Of a stretch of DNA of 64,000 nt, positions 48,807 through 58,675 are shown piece after piece. Under the pieces are notes generated by a model that saw only the letters and a program-made list of their open reading frames with translations, had not been told where the DNA came from and searched no databases. Position numbers and translations under genes: made by a program. The stretch spans positions 21,080-85,079 of the forward strand of contig CALRSR020000006.1 in the NCBI GenBank assembly GCA_943370825.1, in the 5' to 3' direction. Within the stretch, counting starts at the first letter, position 1, and each line of letters starts with the position of its first letter. Source of the DNA: Bosea thiooxidans (GTDB taxonomy: Bacteria > Pseudomonadota > Gammaproteobacteria > Burkholderiales > Burkholderiaceae_C).

Positions 48807-49523
48807 TCAGTGTTCCCGCAGCTTGGCGCGCAGCCGGGCGATCGACTGGCTGTGCAGCTGGCAGATGCGCGATTCGGTCACGCCGAGCACGGCGGCGATT
48901 TCCTTGAGGTTCATGTCGTGCTCGTAGTACATGGACATGATCTGCTGCTCGCGCTCGGGCAGCATCTTGATGGCGGCCACCAGGGCCATGCGCATGCGCT
49001 GGTCCTGCAGCACGGCCGACGGGTCGACCTCGGTCTCGCCCATGTGGCGGTCCAGAAAACTGTCGTCGTCGTCGGAGCCGCCGCTGATGTCTTCCAGGTA
49101 CACCAGCTGGGTGCCGCGCACCTTGGCCAGCAGGCTCTGGTAGTCGGCCAGGCTCATGCCCATTTCCTGGGCAATCTCGCTTTCCATGGGCGAGCGGTGC
49201 AGCTTCTGCTGCAGCCGGTTGACCGCCTGCTCGATGTCTTTCTGGCTCTTGCGCGAGCCGCGTGACATCCAGTCGCCGTCGCGCAGCTCGTCGAGCATGG
49301 CGCCGCGGATGCGCTGGCTGGCAAAGGTCTCGAACTGCACACCCTGGGTGGGTTCGAAGCGGGCAATGGCCTCGGTCAGGCCGATCATGCCGACCTGGAT
49401 CAGATCGTCCAGCTCCACGCTGGGCGGCAGCTTGGCGATCATGTGGTGGGCCAGGCGGCGCACCAGCGGGGCGTATTGGCGCAGCTGGGCGTCGCGGTTG
49501 AGCGTGCCTTTGGCGGTGTACAT
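48807..49523 (-). CDS. fliA: Flagellar sigma factor sigma28
   Basis: DDLIQVGMIGL, FETFASQRIRGAMLDELR, LGVTESRICQLH. Confidence 0.97.
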   Translation of the reverse strand: MYTAKGTLNRDAQLRQYAPLVRRLAHHMIAKLPPSVELDDLIQVGMIGLTEAIARFEPTQGVQFETFASQRIRGAMLDELRDGDWMSRGSRKSQKDIEQAVNRLQQKLHRSPMESEIAQEMGMSLADYQSLLAKVRGTQLVYLEDISGGSDDDDSFLDRHMGETEVDPSAVLQDQRMRMALVAAIKMLPEREQQIMSMYYEHDMNLKEIAAVLGVTESRICQLHSQSIARLRAKLREH

Positions 49524-49525
49524 CG

Positions 49526-50305
49526 TCAGCTCCAGAGAAAACGGCCGGGTCCGCGTGCGGCGGGCTCTGCGGCGGAGGCATTCGGGTGGGCAGGGCTCGG
49601 TGCCACCTGGGCCACCACCGGAATGCGGGCCACCCAGGATTCGGCGCTCCAGACCGGCCATTCGGTATTCAGGTGGCGCCGGGCGCAGTCGGTCACGGTG
49701 AGGGTGGTGCGTTCGCCTGCAGCGTCCTGCTGCAGCGGGCACAGCACCGGCTGCAGGCCGGCAAAGTGCAGCAGCTTGGCGGCGGCGTAGGTGTCCAGGC
49801 CGGCCTGGGCCGGGCCGAGCACCGGCACCATGGCATGGGCGCCGGTGTCGCACAGCAGCTCGCCCAGGGCGGCAGCCGGCGCGAACAGCAGCACCACCAC
49901 GTCGGCGGCAAACGGGGCCAGCAGCCGGGAGAGCGCGGCGCGCGGGCCGCCGGCACGGGCGGTATCCAGCAGGCGTTCCAGGCCCAGGGCGGCCGGCAGG
50001 ACCAGCCATTCGGCGTCGTCCAGCGGGCGCTCCAGCTGCACCACCGAGGGGTCGATGAGGGCGCGCAGCAGGCCCAGGGGCAGGTCGCGGCTGCCGCCGG
50101 TGCGGTGCAGGGCGGGTTGTTCGGCGGCGGTGGCGTCCAGCACGGCCACGGCATGGCCGGCAGCGCTCAGGCGGGCTGCCACCTCGCACAGCCAGTCGTA
50201 CGACTGGGCCGGTCGGGCGCTGCTGGCCAGCGGCATGAGCAGGGCACTGCCGGTCAGGGCTGCGCCCTGGAGCCCTGCGGCCTGGTGGGCGCCGGGCTCA
50301 AACAC
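49526..50305 (-). CDS. FlhG/FleN-position protein with degenerate P-loop
   Basis: HQAAGL N-terminal motif, VAVLDA, located between flhF and fliA; no GKGGVGK. Confidence 0.6.
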   Translation of the reverse strand: MFEPGAHQAAGLQGAALTGSALLMPLASSARPAQSYDWLCEVAARLSAAGHAVAVLDATAAEQPALHRTGGSRDLPLGLLRALIDPSVVQLERPLDDAEWLVLPAALGLERLLDTARAGGPRAALSRLLAPFAADVVVLLFAPAAALGELLCDTGAHAMVPVLGPAQAGLDTYAAAKLLHFAGLQPVLCPLQQDAAGERTTLTVTDCARRHLNTEWPVWSAESWVARIPVVAQVAPSPAHPNASAAEPAARGPGRFLWS

Positions 50306-51830
50306 GGGCGCCTCCGAGCTGGATGCCGGCAGCGTTGTTGGCCTGGGCGAAGTAGTAACCCAGGTCGTCGGGCACCGGGTCGTGGGCGGCCTTGGTCTGC
50401 GCGCCCATGGACAGGCGCACCAGGGCGGCGGCGTCGGGGTTCTGCCAGTCTTCGGGCACGCGCTGGCCGTTGGCCACGCCGCGCAGCACCGCCTGGTGGC
50501 GGATGAGGGCATCGAGCACCGGGCCGAGCTTGGCGGCTTCGTCCACCTTGGACATGACCACACCGTGCAGGCCGCCCACCTTGAAGGAGGCCATGACCTC
50601 GTCCAGCGTGTCGCCGTGGGCACCGGCGTTGAGCACCATGACCTTCTTGATGCCGGGCTGGTCGAGCACGTCCAGCATGTCCTGGATGCGCTGGTCGCGC
50701 TGGCCCAGGCCGGCGGTGTCGATGATGACCAGGCGCTTGCCCGAGAGCAGGTTGAGCAGGTCCTTGAGCGCGGCGCGGTCGTGGGCCAGGTGGGCCACCA
50801 CGCCGAGCATGCGGCCGTAGGTGCGCAGCTGCTCGTAGCCGGAGACGCGGTAGGTGTCCAGGGTGATCAGGCCCACGCTGCCGGCGCCGTACTGCTTGAC
50901 GCACTGGGCGGCCATCTTGGCGGCGGTGGTGGTCTTGCCCACGCCGGTGGCGCCGATCAGGGCCACCACACCGCCCTCTTCCACCAGGCCGGCGCCGGGG
51001 GCTGCGACCTTGAGGTTGCGGGTCAGCACGTCCATGACCCAGCGCACCGCTTCGGCCGGGCCGGCTTCGGTGGGCACACGCTCCAGCACGGCACGGGCCA
51101 TGGAGGGCGAGTAGCCGGCGCGGATGAGCTTGTGCATCAGCTGCGACTGGATCGGGTTCTGGCGTGAGGATCCGATCCAGGCCAGGGTGTTGAAGCGCTC
51201 CTCGATCATTTCGCGCAGGGCCGAGATCTCCACCGCCATGCGGTTGTTCTCGTCCTTGGGGAAGCGGGCCGGCTCGGAATGGGCCCAGGCGGCTTCTTCG
51301 CGGGTGCGGATGGGTTGCGGGGCGGGCGCCATGGTGATGGGGCCGGCCGGGGCGTTGAAGCGCTGCACCGGGATGGCCGGGGCGGCGGGCTGGGCCACCG
51401 GGCGGGCCACCGGCTGGGCCATCGGCTGCACGGCAGCGCGCTCCACCGGGCGGGCAGCTTCCTGCACCGGGGCGGCGGTGGTGCCCATTTCCTCGCGGCG
51501 CTTGCGCAGCATGCGTTCGCGCACATAGTCCTGGAAGGACAGGGTGCTCATGGCCAGGGCTTCGGTGTCGCTCTCCACCGACTGGCTGACGGGGGCGGCG
51601 CTGCGGGCGGCCGGCTGGGCCAGGGGCTGTGCCGCCGGCTGCGCTGCAGGCTGGGGCAGGCCACGGGCCGCACCGGTGAGGCTGGCCAGGCTTTCTTCGG
51701 CGGCAGCCATCACTTCAAAACCCTCGGCGGTGTTGCGGGAGGACAGGATCACCGCGCTGTCGCCCAGGGACCGGCGGACCTTGGACATGGCTTCACGCGA
51801 GGTGGGGGCAAGGAATCGCTGGATGTTCAT
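50298..51830 (-). CDS. flhF: Flagellar SRP-like GTPase
   Basis: GATGVGKTTTAAK, DTYR, DTAG, SKVDEA, NGQRVPED. Confidence 0.96.
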   Translation of the reverse strand: MNIQRFLAPTSREAMSKVRRSLGDSAVILSSRNTAEGFEVMAAAEESLASLTGAARGLPQPAAQPAAQPLAQPAARSAAPVSQSVESDTEALAMSTLSFQDYVRERMLRKRREEMGTTAAPVQEAARPVERAAVQPMAQPVARPVAQPAAPAIPVQRFNAPAGPITMAPAPQPIRTREEAAWAHSEPARFPKDENNRMAVEISALREMIEERFNTLAWIGSSRQNPIQSQLMHKLIRAGYSPSMARAVLERVPTEAGPAEAVRWVMDVLTRNLKVAAPGAGLVEEGGVVALIGATGVGKTTTAAKMAAQCVKQYGAGSVGLITLDTYRVSGYEQLRTYGRMLGVVAHLAHDRAALKDLLNLLSGKRLVIIDTAGLGQRDQRIQDMLDVLDQPGIKKVMVLNAGAHGDTLDEVMASFKVGGLHGVVMSKVDEAAKLGPVLDALIRHQAVLRGVANGQRVPEDWQNPDAAALVRLSMGAQTKAAHDPVPDDLGYYFAQANNAAGIQLGGARV

Positions 51831-53905
51831 GCTGCAAGCTCTCCAAGAATCGGGCCGATGCGGATCAGGTGGGTTTCAGGGATTTCGCCGTGGGCGAGCA
51901 CCTGCAGGCGCGGGGCTGCGCGGCGCAGCAGGCGGGCCATGGCGGTGCGGATGGCGTCGGGCACCAGCAGGCAGGCGGGCACGCCTTTTTCTTCCTGCCG
52001 GATGGCGATGTCGGTGGCGGATTTGCTCAGCATCTCGGCCACACCGGGGTCGAGCGCGGCGCCGCCCTGGCCGGTGAGGGCCTGCATCAGCAGGCGCTCC
52101 AGGCCGGGCTCGATGGCGATCACTTCGAGTTCCTTCACCGGGCCGTAGATCTGCTGGACGATGGCCGGGGCCAGGGCCAGGCGCACGCGGCGGGCCAGTT
52201 CGGCCGGGTCGGTGACGCTGGGGGCGTGTTCGGCAATCGCCTCGATGATGGTGCGGATGTCGCGCACATGCACACCTTCTTCCAGCAGCAGCTGCAGGAC
52301 TTTCTGGAAGGTGGCGACCGGGATCATTTTGGGGACGACTTCTTCGATCAGCTTGGGGGCCAGGCGGGTCACGTGTTCGACCAGGTCCTGGGTCTCGGTC
52401 CGGCTGAGCAATCGCGCGGCCTGGACTTGCATCAAGTGTGAGAGATGGGTGGCCAGCACGGTCTCGGAATCAACGACCGTAAAACCGGCCATTTGCGCGC
52501 TCTCCTTCTGCTTCTCGTCGATCCAGTGCGCGGGCAGGCCGAAAGCGGGGTCGGTGGTGGGGGTGCCGATCAGCGGGGTGCCGATGCCACCCGGATCGAT
52601 GGCCAGGAACATGCCGGGGAACACCTCGCCCTGGCCCACCACCACGCCACGCAGGGTGATGCGGTAGGCGCTGGGGTGCAGTTCCAGGTTGTCGCGCACA
52701 TGGACCGGCGGGGGGAGGAAGCCCACGTCCTGGGCGAACTTCTTGCGCACGCCCTTGATGCGGGTGAGCAGGTCGCCCGAGCGGGTCTTGTCCACCAGGG
52801 CGATCAGGCGGTAGCCCAGCTCCAGGCCCAGCAGGTCGATGGGCTGCAGGTCGTCCCAGCTGGCTTCGCCATCGGCGGCCGGGGCGGCCGGGGCTTCTTC
52901 GGCCACCGGCTTGAGCGACTGCTGGTGGCGCCACCAGGCCAGGCCGCCGGCCAGGGCGGCAAAGCCCAGGAAAAACACATGCGGCATGCCGGGAATCACA
53001 CCCAGCAGGAACAGCACGCCGGCGGTGACACCCAGCACGCGGGTGGACAGGAACATCTGCTCCACCACCTGGGCGCCCAGGTCTTCGTCCTTGCCCACCC
53101 GCGAGACCACCATGGCGGCGGCCACCGAGATCAGCAGCGAGGGGATCTGCGCCACCAGGGCATCGCCCACGGCCAGCAGGATGTAGCTGTCGGTGGCCTG
53201 TGAGGCCGACAGACCGTGCTGCACCATGCCGATGATCAGGCCGCCGATGATGGTGATGATCAGGATCAGGATGCCGGCAATGGCGTCGCCACGCACGAAC
53301 TTGGAGGCACCGTCCATGGAGCCGAAGAATTCGGCTTCCTCGGCCACCTCAGCGCGGCGGCGCTTGGCCTCCTTCTCGTCGATCAGGCCGGCGCCCAGGT
53401 CGGCGTCGATGGCCATCTGCTTGCCGGGCATGGCGTCCAGGGTGAAGCGGGCCGACACCTCGGCGATGCGCTCCGAACCCTTGGTGACCACCACGAAGTT
53501 GATCACCACCAGGATGACGAACACCACAAAGCCGACCGCAAAGTTGCCCCCGATGAGGAAGTGGCCGAAGGCCTCGATCACCTGGCCGGCCGCGCCCGGG
53601 CCGGTGTGGCCTTCGAGCAGCACCACCCGGGTGGAGGCCACGTTGAGCGACAGGCGCAGCAGCGTGGTGAGCAGCAGGACGGTGGGAAACACCGAGAAGT
53701 CCAGCGGCCGCTTCATGTAGGCGGCCACCGTCATCACGATGAGGGCCAGCGCGATGTTGAGGGTGAAGAAGGTGTCCAGCAGCCAGGGCGGCAGGGGCAG
53801 CACCATCATGGAGAGGATGGTGATCACCAGCATGGGGGCGGCCAGGCCACCGGCCCAGCCGGCGTTGCGGCGGAACCATTGCTGCAGGGGCTCGAGAGCG
53901 TTCAT
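51827..53905 (-). CDS. flhA: Flagellar export gate protein
   Basis: RFTLDAMPGKQMAIDADL, FFGSMDGASKFVRGDAIAG. Confidence 0.98.
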   Translation of the reverse strand: MNALEPLQQWFRRNAGWAGGLAAPMLVITILSMMVLPLPPWLLDTFFTLNIALALIVMTVAAYMKRPLDFSVFPTVLLLTTLLRLSLNVASTRVVLLEGHTGPGAAGQVIEAFGHFLIGGNFAVGFVVFVILVVINFVVVTKGSERIAEVSARFTLDAMPGKQMAIDADLGAGLIDEKEAKRRRAEVAEEAEFFGSMDGASKFVRGDAIAGILILIITIIGGLIIGMVQHGLSASQATDSYILLAVGDALVAQIPSLLISVAAAMVVSRVGKDEDLGAQVVEQMFLSTRVLGVTAGVLFLLGVIPGMPHVFFLGFAALAGGLAWWRHQQSLKPVAEEAPAAPAADGEASWDDLQPIDLLGLELGYRLIALVDKTRSGDLLTRIKGVRKKFAQDVGFLPPPVHVRDNLELHPSAYRITLRGVVVGQGEVFPGMFLAIDPGGIGTPLIGTPTTDPAFGLPAHWIDEKQKESAQMAGFTVVDSETVLATHLSHLMQVQAARLLSRTETQDLVEHVTRLAPKLIEEVVPKMIPVATFQKVLQLLLEEGVHVRDIRTIIEAIAEHAPSVTDPAELARRVRLALAPAIVQQIYGPVKELEVIAIEPGLERLLMQALTGQGGAALDPGVAEMLSKSATDIAIRQEEKGVPACLLVPDAIRTAMARLLRRAAPRLQVLAHGEIPETHLIRIGPILGELAA

Positions 53906-53910
53906 GCAGC

Positions 53911-53956
53911 GATTGTGAAAATCTTGAGGGTTGTCGATCGCGGGAAAAGCAGGGGG
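53911..53956 (-). promoter_or_regulatory. Own promoter of flhA (motif shared with flgB upstream)
   Basis: -10 CACAAT 6 nt upstream of the flhA ATG; GATTGTG..CTTGAGGGT..CGATC..AGGGGG. Confidence 0.55.
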
Positions 53957-54089
53957 AAACCGGCCAGATCGGCAGTGAAAAACGTTCGACGTGATTCATG
54001 ACAAATGCATCACGCATGGCCGAGAGGCGGATCGACGGCCGGGACGGGGGCACTCAGGGGCCTGCGCTTCCTGAACCGGTCAACTGCCC

Positions 54090-55718
54090 ATGAAACGAAC
54101 TTCGCTCAACACCCCCTCCCCAAGACCTTCCCCACCCGCCACGCCCACGGGCTCACCCGCCCGCTCCAGCGGATCGCTCGATGCGTCGAACGATGTGAGC
54201 GAGAACCCGCTGGACTTCGACTCGCAGGACGAGTCGGCCATCGACGAGATCCTGCTGGACCGGCAAGCGATGTTGGAGAGCGGCGACTTGGCCGGCCTGC
54301 GGGAGAGCCTGAGTCAGCATCCGAACGTCGGCCTGGAGCTGGACCTGTCGAACGGCCCTGGAGCGCATGTCAGCCCCGAGGTGATGGCCCAGGTGTTCAC
54401 CGACCCCCACATCACCCGGTTGAAACTGACCGGGGTGCCCATGGACCCGCCCGTGCTCCAGGCCATCGCCGGCGGGATCGCCCGCAACGGCACCCGACTG
54501 CACGAGCTGACCTGTCTGAATGACACCGCACAGATGTTCAGCCCCGGGCTGGCGCAACTGCTGCCGCTGCTGCGCGGGCTCAAGGCACTCCACCTCCAGC
54601 TGGCCCAGCAGCCCGCCGACAGGGTTCCGAACACCTCTGAATGCGGCCCCTTGATGACGGCATTGCTGAACATGCCGTTGCAGGAGCTCAGCATCCAGAA
54701 CTTCGGAGCGGCCCTGCGACACATGATTCCGCACTGGGCCACGTCCTCGCTGCAGCCAGACTGGAAGCTGGTCCGGCTGGAAGGCATCAACCTCGGCCTC
54801 AATGTTCAGGACCGTGTGGCCGACTGGTGCTTCAGAGGCTTCATCGGATTCGTGCACCTCGTCGTCTGCAGAAGCTCGGCGAGCAAGCTGATGCTCGGGA
54901 ACATCGGCTCGGACGCCCAGATGCGCCGACATCCCGATCCGCCCCTGAACCTGAACCAGGCCTGCTTCGCCGAGTTGCGCCGGACGTTGCAGTCGGGTCT
55001 GCAGCAAAGATCGCAGCAGCCGGGCTCGAAGCCCTTCTACATTTCCCTGGGCATGACCGATCTGGGCGTTCTGCGCATCCTGTTGCCGGCCATTGCGTCG
55101 CCCTCGATCAATGGCCTGCGGGGCCTGGATCTGGGTTGGGAGCATCCTGGGTACGCTCCGCCCGACACCGGAGAGATGCAGGCCCACGCCCAGCAATTCC
55201 TGCAGCTCGTCGCCCAGCACGCCATCCATCTGAAGCACACCGACGAGCTGTCCATCCACCTGGACCTGCCCGGCTCGGCCGCCCACCCTGGCGCCCGGCC
55301 CAGCATCAACGCGCTGTCCCATGCGCTGAGCGGCCTGCACCTGACCTCGCTCGATTTCAGCGGCACCTGGTTCGACGACATGCCCGGAGCCTTGCAGAAC
55401 TGCATCCATGCCGCCGTGACCCGGACCGTTCACATGGAGCTGCAGCGCCAGGCCCTGGGCAGCTGCATCCGCTTCGGCGGGCCCGCCTATGCCCAGCTGG
55501 GCGAGGTGGGCAGCGAGGTGCTCGACCGGCTCGAACACCCTGACCGCCTGTTGCCCGTGCTGCCCGCGCTCGACAGCGCCCACCTGAAGGCCTTCGTGGA
55601 CCGCTACGAGTCCCGACGCCAGCAACGCGCCCGGGTGGACGAGATCGACATGCCGGGTCCGCATCCGCTCAAGGCGGTGTCAGACAGCGTGCAGAAACGT
55701 CTGAAGGGTGGCTCATGA
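54090..55718 (+). CDS. LRR-like orphan protein, paralog 1 (candidate secreted effector)
   Basis: 542 aa; MKRTS S/P/T-rich N-terminus; LxxLxL repeats (LRGLKALHL, PLQELSI, LRGLDL, LTSLDF). Confidence 0.8.
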   Translation: MKRTSLNTPSPRPSPPATPTGSPARSSGSLDASNDVSENPLDFDSQDESAIDEILLDRQAMLESGDLAGLRESLSQHPNVGLELDLSNGPGAHVSPEVMAQVFTDPHITRLKLTGVPMDPPVLQAIAGGIARNGTRLHELTCLNDTAQMFSPGLAQLLPLLRGLKALHLQLAQQPADRVPNTSECGPLMTALLNMPLQELSIQNFGAALRHMIPHWATSSLQPDWKLVRLEGINLGLNVQDRVADWCFRGFIGFVHLVVCRSSASKLMLGNIGSDAQMRRHPDPPLNLNQACFAELRRTLQSGLQQRSQQPGSKPFYISLGMTDLGVLRILLPAIASPSINGLRGLDLGWEHPGYAPPDTGEMQAHAQQFLQLVAQHAIHLKHTDELSIHLDLPGSAAHPGARPSINALSHALSGLHLTSLDFSGTWFDDMPGALQNCIHAAVTRTVHMELQRQALGSCIRFGGPAYAQLGEVGSEVLDRLEHPDRLLPVLPALDSAHLKAFVDRYESRRQQRARVDEIDMPGPHPLKAVSDSVQKRLKGGS

Positions 55719-57430
55719 AGCGGCTGTCTTCTGCCCTGTCGGCTCCGATCCTGCCCACCACGGCTGGCCAGGCGGTGGCCATCGAGCCGGCCACCGCCGA
55801 GCTGTCCGGCGCCGAACTGGACACCCTGCGGTCCGGGGCACTCGATGCCGGCCAGCCGATGCGCCTGCGGCAATGGCTGGTGGCCGACCCGCAGCGGGTG
55901 TTTCACCTGCCGCTGCACACGGATGCCGCGCCCCGCCACCTGAACACGCTGCTCAGGGCATGGCCAGACCAGGGTCCTGTGCCGCCCCTGGTGCTGATGG
56001 GGCCGGCCTGCCCGGATCTGCAAGACCATGCCCTGGCCCGGATGCTGACCCACCCGGGTCTTCGCGAACTGGGGCTTCAGGAGCTGGAACTCGACGTCGA
56101 CCGGCTGCATGCCGTGGCGCAGGCGCTGACGCCCGGGGCTGGCGGCCTGAGCCAGCTGCAATGGGCCGACGATGTGGACTGTCTGATGAACGATGGCGTG
56201 GCCAGCATCCTCAAGCGCCTGCCGTCGCTGCGCCATCTGACGCTGCAGATGACCTCGACCGATGCGGCCAACCAGTCCCGCTGTGACGCGGGTGCCGTGC
56301 AGATGGCCCGCACGCTGGCCAGCCTGCCGCTGGACTCGCTGACGCTGTGCGATCTGGGCTGCTTCATGGCCGTGCTCAGCATGGTGCTGCCCAAAGGGGG
56401 CGTTGTCCCCTGGAAGGCGCTGGAGATCCAGGAGATCGATCTGAGCATGAACGGATCCGCGTACCTCCTGCCTCTGACGGTGGTGCTGGTGCGGTGCCTG
56501 GATTCCCGGGAGTTCAGGTCCCTGCAGCTGAGCGGTTTTCACATCGGCACCGCTGCGCTCCTGGCCGGCGGCATGGACAACCTGTGCGCACCGGCATGCC
56601 TGGATCTGGTGAAAGGTCTGGCGGTGGCCATGCACAAGCGCTCGCAACCGCTGGAGCTGGCGGTCGAGTCCGACGACCTGTCCGCCCTCATCCTCCTCAT
56701 GGACGGGCTGACCGGCGACCCCGACGGCGCCACCGCCAGCGACAGCGAATTCGACGAGGTCATTGCCGGACCGGTGAACTGCGTGCGCAGCCTGTCGGTG
56801 GGCTACCGGCCCGACCTGGGGCATCTGGAGGGGCTGGAGCTGATGGGGGATGCCCTGCACTCCATCACCGTCTGGCTGGATGCATTTCCGCGCTTGGAGG
56901 CACTGGAGATCGCGCTGCAGCCCACCGCCGCGCTGCCGGTGTCGTCGGCCCTGCTGTTGTCGCAGGTGCTGGTCCACACACAGGAACAGCTGGCCAGGGC
57001 CGTGTCTGCCAGCGCCATCACCCATGTGACGCTGCGGGGCGCCCCGCTGGAACCGACGCCACCGTTCCTGCAGCCCTGCCTGGCGGACGTGGCGCGCCGC
57101 GCCCTGGACCGGCAACTGCGCATCGGGGCGCTGGATGTGGGGCTGGACTTTCTGGGCCACCAGCACAGGCTGCCGCCCGAGCTGCGGGTGAAGCTGGTGC
57201 AGGACACCGTGGACGGTTCGGGGTCGCCGCATCCGGTGGCCGTGCTGCCGGCCCTGAACAGCCAGCAGCTGGCCGGCCACGTGGCGCGCTACAACCAGCT
57301 GGCACAGTCGGTGCACCGGAACGATCCGGCCATACCGCTGCTGTCGCACCCGTTGACCGGGCTGTCGGCGCAGGTCGGTCAACGGCTGGCCGCCAGCGCT
57401 GCTCAGACCGGGGGCGACGGCTTGCGGTAG
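55715..57430 (+). CDS. LRR-like orphan protein, paralog 2
   Basis: 571 aa; ATGA-coupled to paralog 1; LRELGL, LRHLTL, PLDSLTL, LEALEI; 3' end overlaps the flhB 3' end. Confidence 0.8.
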   Translation: MKRLSSALSAPILPTTAGQAVAIEPATAELSGAELDTLRSGALDAGQPMRLRQWLVADPQRVFHLPLHTDAAPRHLNTLLRAWPDQGPVPPLVLMGPACPDLQDHALARMLTHPGLRELGLQELELDVDRLHAVAQALTPGAGGLSQLQWADDVDCLMNDGVASILKRLPSLRHLTLQMTSTDAANQSRCDAGAVQMARTLASLPLDSLTLCDLGCFMAVLSMVLPKGGVVPWKALEIQEIDLSMNGSAYLLPLTVVLVRCLDSREFRSLQLSGFHIGTAALLAGGMDNLCAPACLDLVKGLAVAMHKRSQPLELAVESDDLSALILLMDGLTGDPDGATASDSEFDEVIAGPVNCVRSLSVGYRPDLGHLEGLELMGDALHSITVWLDAFPRLEALEIALQPTAALPVSSALLLSQVLVHTQEQLARAVSASAITHVTLRGAPLEPTPPFLQPCLADVARRALDRQLRIGALDVGLDFLGHQHRLPPELRVKLVQDTVDGSGSPHPVAVLPALNSQQLAGHVARYNQLAQSVHRNDPAIPLLSHPLTGLSAQVGQRLAASAAQTGGDGLR

Positions 57431-58551
57431 TGAGGGTCCAGCTCCTGCGGGACCTGCGGCACCGGCTCGGCGGGCATCACGCCCTCGCCGCGCAGCGCGG
57501 CCTTGAGCTGGTACACATAGGCCAGCACCTGGGCCACGGCGGTGTAGAGGGCCGAGGGAATCTCCTGGTCGATCTCGGCGTGGGCATACAGGGCGCGGGC
57601 CAGCATGGGCGACTGCAGCACCGGCACCTTGGCGTCCTTGGCCACGTCGCGGATCTTCAGGGCCAGCATGTCCGATCCCTTGGCCACCACACGGGGCGCG
57701 GCCATGGTGGCCTCGTCGTAGCGCAGGGCCACGGCGTAGTGGGTGGGGTTCATGACCACCAGATCGGCCTTGGGCACGGCCTTGATGCTCATGCGCTGGG
57801 CGATCTCGCGGGCGCGGGCGCGGCGGCGGCCCTTCATGTGCGGGTCGCCTTCGCTTTCCTTGTGCTCGCGCTTGACCTCGTCATGCGACATGCGCAGCTG
57901 GTGTTTGTGCAGCAGCTTCTGGACGGGGAAGTCGATGGCGGCCACCACGGCCACGGTCACCATGAGGCCGGCCACGCCGAACATCATCCACCGCCCCAGC
58001 TGACCGATGCCGGACTCCAGCGGCTGCATGACCAGCGAACTGAAATCACCCAGGTGCGATGACAGGAACTGCCAGCCCACGGCGCCCACGATGAGGGTGA
58101 TGACGCTGAGCTTGGCAGTCTCCACCAGCTGCTGCTTCGAGAACAAGCGGCCGAAACCCGAGAGCGGGTTGATGCGCGAGAGGTCGGGCGTGATGGGCTT
58201 GGTGGACAGCGTCCAGCTGCCCGAGGCAAAGGCCACAGCCAGCACGAACACCAGCAGCAGCAACCCCAGCGGCAGGTACAGCACCAGCCCCTGACCGAAG
58301 GCGTCGAAGGCCCGCTGCAGGCCCACCTCGGGCGTGACCACGGCGGCGCGGTCGAACCGCAGCTGGCCGCGCAGGCCGTCCTTGAGCAGGCCGAAGGCCA
58401 GCGGCAGCGCCAGCATGAGCAGGGCCGATCCGGCCCCCAGCACCGCCAGGTTGAGCAGGTCCTTGGAACGGGCCACCTGGCCATCGTCGCGCGCCTTTTT
58501 CAGGCGCTGCGGCGTGGCGGGCAGGGTTTTGTCTTGGGCGGAATCGGACAT
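57403..58551 (-). CDS. flhB: Flagellar export / substrate-specificity switch protein
   Basis: ATPQRLKKARDDGQVARSKD, KESEGDP, VVMNPTHYAVAL (NPTH autocleavage), LARALY. Confidence 0.98.
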   Translation of the reverse strand: MSDSAQDKTLPATPQRLKKARDDGQVARSKDLLNLAVLGAGSALLMLALPLAFGLLKDGLRGQLRFDRAAVVTPEVGLQRAFDAFGQGLVLYLPLGLLLLVFVLAVAFASGSWTLSTKPITPDLSRINPLSGFGRLFSKQQLVETAKLSVITLIVGAVGWQFLSSHLGDFSSLVMQPLESGIGQLGRWMMFGVAGLMVTVAVVAAIDFPVQKLLHKHQLRMSHDEVKREHKESEGDPHMKGRRRARAREIAQRMSIKAVPKADLVVMNPTHYAVALRYDEATMAAPRVVAKGSDMLALKIRDVAKDAKVPVLQSPMLARALYAHAEIDQEIPSALYTAVAQVLAYVYQLKAALRGEGVMPAEPVPQVPQELDPHYRKPSPPV

Positions 58552-58675
58552 GGACGTGAAACGGAGGCTTCACGCCATTGTTTCTGCGCCACGGACCGAC
58601 GGTCTGTGGAACAGAGGGGCAGTCACCGGTCACTTCGCGGACTGACCGGGCATGGCGCTCAGGCGTCGGACGGGG

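Noticed and set aside
51390-51660. QPAA/QPxA repeats in flhF
   Set aside because: In-frame low-complexity linker of FlhF; not a CRISPR or mobile repeat
53957-54089. PIP/hrpII box (TTCG-N16-TTCG) upstream of the LRR-like genes
   Set aside because: Only single TTCG half-sites found here and upstream of 59079, so there is no evidence for Hrp regulation
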